From Fibrobacteria bacterium (GTDB taxonomy: Bacteria; Fibrobacterota; Fibrobacteria; UBA11236), in NCBI GenBank assembly GCA_043732185.1, contig JAYTHY010000052.1:30828-94827 (forward strand): a stretch of DNA of 64,000 bases, given 5' to 3'. The notes beneath the pieces were generated by a model that was not told where the DNA came from, did not search any database, and saw only the letters and a program-made list of their open reading frames with translations. Positions 38,740 to 46,893 of this stretch are shown here, in pieces. The stretch's first letter is position 1; every line of letters starts with the position of its first letter. Made by a program: the position numbers and the translations under genes.

Positions 38740-39634
38740 AATTCAATCCAAAGTCCATCGCTATTATCAAGCAACTACTGAAGACTACCTCCGGTATTAT
38801 CAAACCGGATGGCATCATCATATGCATTATGGATTTGACCGGGAATTACCTAAGGGTGGAAACCCCACCGAGAACATGCTCCGGTATTTGGCCAAGGTAG
38901 GTGGAATTGTAGCCGGGAATACAATTCTAGATGCAGGTTGCGGTGTGGGAGGCTCAGCTATTTTTTTGGCGCGAGCCCTCGGTTGTAGATGTGTGGGGAT
39001 TACCTTGGTGGAAAGCCAGGCCCATTTGGCACAAGGTTTTGCAGCGACAGGCAAGGCGGGTGGTATTCCCAAAGGGCAAAAGACCGTGGACGAGCGGGCC
39101 ATGAATGCGGCAATCGCGTCCCCCCGTTTTGTAGTGAATGATTTCAATGTTCCCGCCTTTAAAGCAAAAACCATTGATGTGGTTTGGGCGGTGGAAAGTT
39201 TTGATCATGCCGAAGATAAAGAAGCCTGGGTCAAGGCTATGTATGCGTTGCTCAAACCCGGTGGCCGCCTCGTCATCGCCGACGGGTTCAGGGGACAAGC
39301 GCCGCTATCAAAATCGCAAGCTGCCCAGTACCATGGATTTTTGGCGGGATGGGCCGTTCCCCATTTGTGTTCCTTCCAGGAATTGGCAGATTACGCGAGC
39401 CGGGCTGGCTTTGAAAAATCCCATGGCGAAGATATTAGCCGGGATGTGATGCCCCATGCCAGGGCCATTTTTCGCTTTGGACTGCTCTTTATTCCCATCC
39501 GTTGGATGTTGCAAAAAATCGGATTAACCAGTTTGGAAAAGCTCGGAAACGCATATGCAACGTATTACCAGTACCGGACGCTAAAACAGGGGCTGTGGAC
39601 CTATGGCGTTTTCTGTTTCCGAAAACCGGTTTAG
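38732..39634 (+). CDS. SAM-dependent methyltransferase (tocopherol/sterol methyltransferase-like)
   Basis: HHHMHYG, ILDAGCGVGG, WAVESFDH, LKPGGRLVIAD; overlaps the upstream stop. Confidence 0.85.
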   Translation: MDEIQSKVHRYYQATTEDYLRYYQTGWHHHMHYGFDRELPKGGNPTENMLRYLAKVGGIVAGNTILDAGCGVGGSAIFLARALGCRCVGITLVESQAHLAQGFAATGKAGGIPKGQKTVDERAMNAAIASPRFVVNDFNVPAFKAKTIDVVWAVESFDHAEDKEAWVKAMYALLKPGGRLVIADGFRGQAPLSKSQAAQYHGFLAGWAVPHLCSFQELADYASRAGFEKSHGEDISRDVMPHARAIFRFGLLFIPIRWMLQKIGLTSLEKLGNAYATYYQYRTLKQGLWTYGVFCFRKPV

Positions 39635-40245
39635 GATTTTTTCCGCTGGTAGAGATAATCCAAATCGCAAGCCTCTTTTGGCATCCAATGCTTTTCCCTG
39701 TCCCACCATTTGATATTGCAGCCAATAGCCGGAGTGTGCGGCACGGCAATGGGCCTACCCGCCAGCATCTCTTCGAGGGCATCGGCTAATTCATGCGTCT
39801 GCGCCTTGGTGACATCGCGGGGGCTATTGTCCATCCGCCCTGAATAAACCAGTTGGCCTTCCGCATTGATTAGAAAATAATGCGGCGTGCGCTCGGCGCC
39901 ATAGGCCTTGGCCACCACTTGGTTTTCATCCTGCAATGCCAACCATTTGAAATCAAGTTTTTGCATGCGTGCAACCACCTCCGGGAAGGCATCCTCGGGG
40001 TGATCCTTGGTTTCATTGGAATGGATGGCGACCATTTGCACTCCATGCGATGCGCATTTAGTGTAAAAGGCTTGCATGCGCGCTTCACTGCCAACCACAT
40101 GCGGGCAATGATTGCAAGTAAAGAAAAGCAGGGTTCCCGCTGTCCCTTGGAGGCTATTTGGCCCACGCAAGGAATGATTTTTCCCATCGATGCCCACTAA
40201 TTCAAAATCGGGCGCCAGCGCGCCTGAAACCAAGGTAAAGCTCAT
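39631..40245 (-). CDS. Thioredoxin-fold (AhpC/TSA-like) protein
   Basis: APDFEL, FTCNHCPHV, YGAERTP, YSGRMD, IGCNIKW. Confidence 0.9.
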   Translation of the reverse strand: MSFTLVSGALAPDFELVGIDGKNHSLRGPNSLQGTAGTLLFFTCNHCPHVVGSEARMQAFYTKCASHGVQMVAIHSNETKDHPEDAFPEVVARMQKLDFKWLALQDENQVVAKAYGAERTPHYFLINAEGQLVYSGRMDNSPRDVTKAQTHELADALEEMLAGRPIAVPHTPAIGCNIKWWDREKHWMPKEACDLDYLYQRKKS

Positions 40246-40294
40246 TTTGAAATTTCCATTTTACGGATCTGTTTCGCAATATCCATGCGCCATA

Positions 40295-41290
40295 TCAACG
40301 AATGCCAATCGCAGCACGCACTCGAGTTAAAAATTCAGCGGCCCGCGTGCGGGCTTTGTCCCTACCTTGGGCTAGAACCTGGTTCAGACTTTCCGGATCG
40401 TTCATCCATCGCCGGTACTCGGCGCGCGGGGCCTGTAGCTGTTCATTCAGCGCTTCAAACAAGTCTTGTTTGGCCTTGCCCCAGCCCAAGCCACCGGCCA
40501 GATAACGCTCGCGTAAGGCAGCTTCTTCACCAGGATTTAGCAGCAATTTATGCAAAGCAAAAACCGTGCTTTCGTCTGGTTGCTTGGGCTCTTCCGGCGA
40601 CTGCGAATTGGTCACGACCTGATTGACCCGCTTGCGCAAAGATTTCTCATCCATGAACAAGGGCAGCGTGTTTCCATAGCTCTTGCTCATTTTTTGGCCG
40701 TCCAAACCCAAAATGGTTTTGACCTGTGTGTCGATGCGAGCTTCAGGCAGTGTAAAGATTTTAGCTTGGTAGGTATGATTGAAATGCGCGGCGATATCGC
40801 AAGCAATTTCCACATGTTGTTTTTGATCCATTCCGACCGGCACCACGTCCGCCCGGAAAATGAGAATATCCGCTGCCATGAGAACGGGATAACCGAATCG
40901 GCCCATATTGATATTGAAATCCGGATCCTTGGCTTGATCCAAATTTTTGGCCACGGCATCCTTATAAGAATGGGCTCTATTCATCAGCCCCTTGGCCGTA
41001 AAACAGGAGAGTATCCAAGCCAATTCAAAAATCTCCGGTATATCGCTTTGGCGGTAAAAAAAGGACTGGGCCGGGTTAAGGCCAAATGCCAAATAAGTGG
41101 CGGCGATTGCCAGACTGTTCAGGCGCAGCTCTTCCGCATTGTGAATGGCTGTTAAGGCGTGGTAGTCGGCGATGAAATAAAAGGTTTCGTAGTCCCCGGC
41201 CAAGGCTAGGGCCGGCTTTATGGCTCCCAACCAATTGCCTAAGTGGGGTTCCCCAGTAGGTTTGATGCCCGTCAATGCCCGAAGCGGCAT
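40295..41290 (-). CDS. trpS: Tryptophan--tRNA ligase
   Basis: TGIKPTG, HLGN, YPVLMAADI, VPVGMDQKQH, KMSKS; start moved to MPLRAL after AAGGA. Confidence 0.97.
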   Translation of the reverse strand: MPLRALTGIKPTGEPHLGNWLGAIKPALALAGDYETFYFIADYHALTAIHNAEELRLNSLAIAATYLAFGLNPAQSFFYRQSDIPEIFELAWILSCFTAKGLMNRAHSYKDAVAKNLDQAKDPDFNINMGRFGYPVLMAADILIFRADVVPVGMDQKQHVEIACDIAAHFNHTYQAKIFTLPEARIDTQVKTILGLDGQKMSKSYGNTLPLFMDEKSLRKRVNQVVTNSQSPEEPKQPDESTVFALHKLLLNPGEEAALRERYLAGGLGWGKAKQDLFEALNEQLQAPRAEYRRWMNDPESLNQVLAQGRDKARTRAAEFLTRVRAAIGIR

Positions 41291-41424
41291 AGCAATTTTC
41301 CTTTCGTTTTTTTCAAAGCTAGCATTCCCGATCGCTGTCGACATTTCTCATACAGAAAAAGAAAGGTCCGACCACTAAACTGGATTTTTGTACTTTTGTC
41401 TCACTTCCAAATTTGTCAGGAAGG

Positions 41425-41476
41425 ATTCAATGATTTACATAACTCATTGAATTATAAAGATTTACATTATTCTTTA
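41425..41476. repeat. Two adjacent inverted repeats with near-identical 10-nt spacers; IHF-like sites
   Basis: ATTCAATGA-tttacataac-TCATTGAAT followed by TAAAGA-tttacattat-TCTTTA, in the divergent trpS/rnd intergenic region. Confidence 0.7.
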
Positions 41477-41501
41477 ACCTGTATATGAGCACGCCATCCA
41501 A

Positions 41502-42653
41502 ATGACTGGTCCCATCCAACCTCGCTTCCCGGTTGAATACATTGACACGGCGGCGGGCATGGATCGCCTACTCCAACAGATGGATAAATCTTCCACTGTC
41601 TTTCTCGATTTAGAGGCAGACAGCATGCACCATTACTTTGCCAAAATTTGCCTTATTCAGATTCTTGTCGAAGAAGTGTGTTACCTAGTCGATCCCCTTA
41701 GCGGTATGGACTTGTCCCCATTTTTGTCCAAACTCGAAACCAAATTGTTAGTCCTGCACGGTGCGGATTATGATTTGCGGATGCTTTTTCAATTGAATGG
41801 ATTCCGTCCCTATCGCATTTTTGATACGATGATTGCGGCACAGCTTCTGGGCAAGGCCGGCTTCGGTTTGGCTGCGTTGGTCCAAGCTTATTTTGAAATT
41901 TCTTTGCCAAAAGATCAACAAAAAGCGGATTGGTCTAGCCGACCCTTAACTGCCAGCATGCTGGAATACGGTGCTCAGGATACGTTTTTCTTGCCCAGCC
42001 TCTGCGCATCCCTAACCCAAGAATTAGCAGACAAGAACCGCCTGTCCTGGCATGAAGAAACGTGCCGTGAATTGATCAAGGCGACAGCTAAAATTAAAGA
42101 AATCGATTTGGAGAATGCTTGGAGAATAGAAGGTTCGGCGCGGCTTCATCCGCGTCAATTGGCAGCCTTGCAAAGTATGTGGAGCTTCCGGGATGAAGTG
42201 GCGAGAAATCTGGATTTACCGGCCTATCGCATTTTGCCTTCCGATGTTTTGCTGCGTTTTGCACTTGCCGTTCCTCTTTCTGGCGATCCAGAAACGATTC
42301 CGACATTGCCCTCGCGACTGTCGCCGGAACATAAAAAAGGATTTCTGGATTTTTATCGCAACGCATTAGAATTGCAGCCTGAAAATTGGCCGAAAGTTTT
42401 GCGTCCATCCAAAAAAGTCGGCCCAAGCCCCGACATCAATTTAGTCAACCACCTTAAGATCGTTCGCGATGCAATTGCCAAGGGATTGGCCTTGGACCCT
42501 TCGCTTTTAGCCACTAAATCCACACTTGCCAATGTGGCATTAACGGGCTGTACCTCTCGCGCTAAAATGAGCGAAGCCGCAAAGTGGATGAATTGGCAGG
42601 AAGCGCTGTTACTGGACGCGTGGTTGAAGCCCAAAGAACCGCCAACTTCCTAA
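41502..42653 (+). CDS. rnd: Ribonuclease D (3'-5' exonuclease + HRDC)
   Basis: FLDLEAD, CLIQI, HGADYD, FDTMIAAQ, DWSSRPL, YGAQDT, HRDC region. Confidence 0.9.
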   Translation: MTGPIQPRFPVEYIDTAAGMDRLLQQMDKSSTVFLDLEADSMHHYFAKICLIQILVEEVCYLVDPLSGMDLSPFLSKLETKLLVLHGADYDLRMLFQLNGFRPYRIFDTMIAAQLLGKAGFGLAALVQAYFEISLPKDQQKADWSSRPLTASMLEYGAQDTFFLPSLCASLTQELADKNRLSWHEETCRELIKATAKIKEIDLENAWRIEGSARLHPRQLAALQSMWSFRDEVARNLDLPAYRILPSDVLLRFALAVPLSGDPETIPTLPSRLSPEHKKGFLDFYRNALELQPENWPKVLRPSKKVGPSPDINLVNHLKIVRDAIAKGLALDPSLLATKSTLANVALTGCTSRAKMSEAAKWMNWQEALLLDAWLKPKEPPTS

Positions 42654-42733
42654 CTGCCCGGCAATGGCTTAAGGCAGTTGATCCTGCTTTTTACTATAAT
42701 ACATACAGGTAAACTCATTCTAGGAGGTTAGGC

Positions 42734-42949
42734 ATGTTTGGTCGACTTGGACCCATGGAACTTGTCATTATCTTATTGATCGTCATCCTACTTTTCGGTG
42801 GAAAAAAGATTCCCGAAATAGCCAAGGGGCTTGGCAAAGGCATTCGTGATTTCAAATCTTCTATGGCAGGTACGGCTGACGCCGAAGTCGAAACTAAAAG
42901 TTTGGATAAACCCGATACTACTTCCGACTCCGGAAAACCTAAAGTCTAG
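42734..42949 (+). CDS. tatA: Twin-arginine translocase TatA
   Basis: GPMELVIILLIVILLFGGKKIPEIAKGLGKGIRDFK; AGGAGG RBS. Confidence 0.96.
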   Translation: MFGRLGPMELVIILLIVILLFGGKKIPEIAKGLGKGIRDFKSSMAGTADAEVETKSLDKPDTTSDSGKPKV

Positions 42950-43006
42950 TCAAGCGGCAGGGTATGGCAACTAAACGGTTCCCCTAGCCCGCCCTACTTT
43001 CCTCTC

Positions 43007-43735
43007 TTGGACGCTGAACTAACATTTTGGGATCATATTCACGAACTGCGTTCGCGCTTGATAAAAATCATGGCAGGCGTTTTTATTGGCAGTTGTATAG
43101 CCTATTTCTTCTGGCAAGAAATTTGGGCCGTCCTCGCCTATCCCTTAACCAAGCAACATCTCAAAGTGGATCTCATTGCCACTTCACCGATGGAAACTTT
43201 TACAACCAGTTTAAAAATGTCCGTCATTTCTGGGGTTATTCTTGCATTTCCCTGGGTCATGTGGCAGGTATGGTGCTTTTTGGCGCCGGGGCTGTTTAAA
43301 AAAGAACGGCATGTTTTTGCCATTGCCTTCACTGCATCCATCATCATGTTTATTGTTGGAGCCGCCTTTGCTTATTTTGCAGTTTTGCCCGCTGGCATTC
43401 TTTTTCTTGCGACATACACTAACGGAGCCATTACGCAGAGCTGGCGCCAGGGAGAATTTGCGTCCTTTATCAGCCAGTTCCTGTTGGCCTTTGGGATCAT
43501 ATTCGAGTTACCGGTTCTGGCTTTTGTATTGGCATTTATGGGACTGATTACGGCAAAAGGTATGTGGGGGTTTTTTCGCTATGCCATCGTCGTTATTTTT
43601 ACTGCTGCGGCCATTTTAACTCCTGGCCCGGATCCGGTTTCCCAAATAATGATGGCCATTCCATTGCTCATTCTCTATCTCCTATCGATTGCCGTTTGCG
43701 CTTTGGCACAAAAAAGGAAAGGGGTAGCATCTTGA
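43007..43735 (+). CDS. tatC: Twin-arginine translocase TatC
   Basis: DHIHELRSRL, SPMETF, QVWCFLAPGL, FELP, AAILTPGPD. Confidence 0.95.
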   Translation: MDAELTFWDHIHELRSRLIKIMAGVFIGSCIAYFFWQEIWAVLAYPLTKQHLKVDLIATSPMETFTTSLKMSVISGVILAFPWVMWQVWCFLAPGLFKKERHVFAIAFTASIIMFIVGAAFAYFAVLPAGILFLATYTNGAITQSWRQGEFASFISQFLLAFGIIFELPVLAFVLAFMGLITAKGMWGFFRYAIVVIFTAAAILTPGPDPVSQIMMAIPLLILYLLSIAVCALAQKRKGVAS

Positions 43736-44535
43736 TTTTTGATTCACTTGGTATCGGTGAGTTCGGTATTATCCTCGCCCTTGCCGTCGTCATGATCGAA
43801 CCCAAAAAACTTGGCAAGGTGATGAAGGAATTCGGAAAGTTCAAGCGAAAGGTTTTGCAAATACAAACCGAAGTCAAATCACAGCTCGACTCGATTACTA
43901 GGGAAGAAGATGCCCGCCAACGGGTGGAAGAAACTGCAAATGACAAAGTCGGCATGCGTAAATGGGGTCGCGATCAAGTACAGTCGCTTACGGCCGCGGC
44001 TAGAGTGGATGCCGCCCAAGTATTGCTGGAAAAAATTAAAGCATGGCCCACCTATTCCCAGGCAAAAGTGGTTTCATGCTTTGCCGGGACCCTGCAAGAA
44101 ATGGACACGGAACCGCTCCTTCGACAAATTCTCGCTGACGGTAAAACATTGCTGATGCCGTACATTACGCCGGTAGAAAAAAACATGTGTATGGCCAGTA
44201 TTGCCAACCTCGAACTTGACCTGGTTGAAGGGACATTTGGTATTCGGGAACCGCGAAAAGAGGCTCAAGCGGCGGGTATTGCGCCAGTTCCCAATCTCAT
44301 TTTTGTACCAGGCACCTGTTTTGACGAGCGGGGAGGCCGCCTAGGCCAAGGCCTAGGCTATTATGACCGGTATTTGGCTTCAGTTAAGGCCTTTCGGGCT
44401 GGAATTGGCTTTGACGTACAAATCACACAGAAAAATTTAGCTTTGAACCCGCATGACCAGTTCATGGACGCCATCCTATCCGAGAAACGTCTTTTGATCT
44501 TTTCAGCGCCTTCCCAATTGGCCGATGATCGGTGA
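43732..44535 (+). CDS. TatB-like N-terminal domain fused to 5-formyltetrahydrofolate cyclo-ligase
   Basis: TTG start overlaps the tatC stop (TTGA). N-terminus FDSLGIGEFGIILALAVVMIEPKKL plus amphipathic helix; C-terminus GTFGIREP, FVPGTCFD..GGRLGQGLGYYDRYL, PHDQFMD. Confidence 0.85.
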   Translation: MIFDSLGIGEFGIILALAVVMIEPKKLGKVMKEFGKFKRKVLQIQTEVKSQLDSITREEDARQRVEETANDKVGMRKWGRDQVQSLTAAARVDAAQVLLEKIKAWPTYSQAKVVSCFAGTLQEMDTEPLLRQILADGKTLLMPYITPVEKNMCMASIANLELDLVEGTFGIREPRKEAQAAGIAPVPNLIFVPGTCFDERGGRLGQGLGYYDRYLASVKAFRAGIGFDVQITQKNLALNPHDQFMDAILSEKRLLIFSAPSQLADDR

Positions 44536-44580
44536 AATCCAAGGGCGGGACGATCGATTCACCGTGTTTGGAGAGGTAGC

Positions 44581-45744
44581 ATGAAAGCCATTTTGGCCTT
44601 GGAAGATGGAAGTTATTTCGAAGGCGAGTCCTTTGGAGCCGAACGCAGTATCGATGCTAAAAATGTGGGCGGCGAAGTCTGCTTCAACACTTCCATGACC
44701 GGATACCAGGAAATACTGACGGACCCATCCTATTCCGGTCAAATCGTAACGCTAACCTATCCGGAAATCGGGAATTACGGAATCAACTTGGATGATGTGG
44801 AATCCAAGCAGATTCAGGTGTCCGGTCTGGTTGTCAAAAACTGCTGCGAGTATCCCTCCAACTGGCGTTCATCCAGTGCGGACTCCAAATCACCCCTATC
44901 GCTTTCCACTTATCTTCAACAGAATAATATTCCTGGCATTCAAGGTGTCGACACGCGTCGACTCACTCGAATCTTACGGGAAACAGGCGCCAAGAACGGG
45001 ATTATCGTAACCGGCGAATATCAAGTAAAAGACGTACTGGCAAAGGCCAAAGCGGTACCGGCATTTTCCAATATTGACTTTGTAAAAAAAGTGTCTATCG
45101 GTCAAAAAGAAGGCTGGAACGAATTTGAACACGACCTCAGTTTTCAGCCGATAGCCAAACCAGAAGCGCGCTACACCATTGCCGCCATTGACTATGGCGC
45201 CAAGTACAACATTTTACGCAAGCTACAAACCTTAGGCGCAAAAGTTATTCGCCTACCCGCAGATGTCAAAGCCGAAGAAATTCTCGCTCTCAACCCCGAT
45301 GGAATTTTCCTTTCGAATGGTCCTGGCGATCCCGCCTTGCTCGATTATGCTATCCAAACTATTCGCGCCTTAGTGGGGGTAAAACCCATTTTTGGAATTT
45401 GCCTGGGGCATCAATTGTTGGCTCAAGCATTGGGTGCAAAAACCTTCAAGCTCAAATTTGGTCATCGCGGCGCCAACCATCCTGTCAAGGATTTGCGCAC
45501 AGGCAAAGTGGAAATCACATCCCAGAATCATGGCTTCGCCGTGGACCCGGATAGCATTGATACGTCCATCGTGGAAATTACCCATATCAATTTGAATGAT
45601 AAGACCGTGGCCGGCCTACGACATCGTACCGTACCCGCCTTTTCCGTGCAATATCATCCGGAAGCTTCACCAGGGCCAAAGGATTCGCATTACTTGTTCA
45701 CCGAATTTTATGCAGAGATAAAAAAACATGCCCAAACACGTTGA
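44581..45744 (+). CDS. carA: Carbamoyl-phosphate synthase small subunit
   Basis: GEVCFNTSMTGYQE, LSNGPGDP, GICLGHQ, GHRGANHP, QYHPEASPGP. Confidence 0.97.
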   Translation: MKAILALEDGSYFEGESFGAERSIDAKNVGGEVCFNTSMTGYQEILTDPSYSGQIVTLTYPEIGNYGINLDDVESKQIQVSGLVVKNCCEYPSNWRSSSADSKSPLSLSTYLQQNNIPGIQGVDTRRLTRILRETGAKNGIIVTGEYQVKDVLAKAKAVPAFSNIDFVKKVSIGQKEGWNEFEHDLSFQPIAKPEARYTIAAIDYGAKYNILRKLQTLGAKVIRLPADVKAEEILALNPDGIFLSNGPGDPALLDYAIQTIRALVGVKPIFGICLGHQLLAQALGAKTFKLKFGHRGANHPVKDLRTGKVEITSQNHGFAVDPDSIDTSIVEITHINLNDKTVAGLRHRTVPAFSVQYHPEASPGPKDSHYLFTEFYAEIKKHAQTR

Positions 45745-46714
45745 TGGGTCCTCTATCGTAGCAGGCTTGCATGCCGTTGAGGCCTTGCTACGCACGGCTC
45801 CCGGCAAAATAAATCACCTTGTATTGCTACAAGGCGGCCAAAACCGTAGGCTGCACGATTTGCAAAAAATCGCGGAAGATCAGCATATTCGCATTCATCA
45901 ATTGCCGCAACAAAAACTAGACTACTGGTTTCCGGGACCGCATCAGGGCATTCTCGCCTTTTGCAACACACGATCCTGGGACAATTGGGAACAGCTCAAA
46001 TCCGATCTACTCACCGCCAAAAATTCCGGTTACCAACCGCTGGTCATCGTGCCGGCTGCAATGGAAGACCCGCATAATCTTGGCGCCTGTATCCGTTCGG
46101 CCGTGTGCTTTGGAGCCGATGCTGTGCTGACGCATAATAAGGGTGGCGCTGGGCTGACTCCTGCAGCAGCCAAGGCGGCCTCCGGAGCCTTGGAGCATAT
46201 TGCCATTGCACAAACCGGGGACATCGAAAAAGAGCTTAAAGTTTTAAAGGATGCCGGATTTACGATTGTTGGACTGGAAGCGGAAGCGGAAGTCGAAATG
46301 CATCAAGGCGATTTTCGTGGACCACTGGTTTTGGTAGTCGGTGGAGAGGATCGCGGCATTCCCCCTCATATTCGTAGGGCATGTACCAAGTGGGTTCGCA
46401 TTCCAATGGCTGTTGGTGGGGCGGCACATTCATTCAATGCCAGTGTGGCCCTGTCACTGCTGCTTTATGAGGCCAATCGGAATACGGACTTTAATCGACT
46501 TAAAAGTCCAAGACAAAAGTTTATGCAGGCCCGCACGGAGCCTGAGCTTCCTGCTGGACCTTCGGTCAATTCCCTTCCAGACAGAACACTGGAAAGAGAA
46601 CAACGACCCCGTAAACCTCCAGCCCCCCAGCGCGTCTCTACTAGAGTGTCTCATCGTCCACCGGATCCGTCCACCGGCGATTCCTTTCCCCGTTCGAAAG
46701 CCCGTCCTAAATAA
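45728..46714 (+). CDS. rlmB: 23S rRNA Gm2251 2'-O-methyltransferase (TrmH/SPOUT family)
   Basis: GLHAVEA, HQGI, EDPHNLGACIRSA, VVGGEDRGI, IPM...SFNASVA; long P/R-rich C-terminal tail. Confidence 0.88.
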   Translation: MPKHVDGSSIVAGLHAVEALLRTAPGKINHLVLLQGGQNRRLHDLQKIAEDQHIRIHQLPQQKLDYWFPGPHQGILAFCNTRSWDNWEQLKSDLLTAKNSGYQPLVIVPAAMEDPHNLGACIRSAVCFGADAVLTHNKGGAGLTPAAAKAASGALEHIAIAQTGDIEKELKVLKDAGFTIVGLEAEAEVEMHQGDFRGPLVLVVGGEDRGIPPHIRRACTKWVRIPMAVGGAAHSFNASVALSLLLYEANRNTDFNRLKSPRQKFMQARTEPELPAGPSVNSLPDRTLEREQRPRKPPAPQRVSTRVSHRPPDPSTGDSFPRSKARPK

Positions 46715-46743
46715 AACGCGTACCCGGGTCCGCCCTATTTTGG

Positions 46744-46885
46744 AATTTTGAGCCAAGTCCTGGGAATCGCAGCATTTGCTTTAGCTTTTGCATTAAACTC
46801 TTTGGGGATTCAGTGTCCATCCCCTAAAATCATCAGGTGCGGATTAGAACCTACCGCATGGCTCAAAATTGAGCCCAAGACCTGG
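46744..46885 (+). other. Candidate structured intergenic RNA or leader
   Basis: Perfect 12-bp long-range inverted repeat AATTTTGAGCCA (46744-55) / TGGCTCAAAATT (46859-70) enclosing two hairpins; family not recognised. Confidence 0.4.
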
Positions 46886-46893
46886 AAGTCCCT

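Noticed and set aside
41430..41462. Possible dif site (TTATGTAAAT on the minus strand; ftsK is in the window)
   Set aside because: The spacer between ATAA and TTAT is 9 nt rather than 6, and the XerC arm does not fit
43564..43731. Upstream extension of the TatB/cyclo-ligase ORF
   Set aside because: Overlaps tatC out of frame; the TTG at 43732 gives a canonical coupled start
46868..46888. B12-box-like GAGCCCAAGACCTG suggesting a cobalamin riboswitch; also considered SRP and 6S RNA
   Set aside because: The other conserved cobalamin elements (GGGAA/CCCGC core, GCCACTG) are not arranged correctly, and the SRP and 6S signatures are absent
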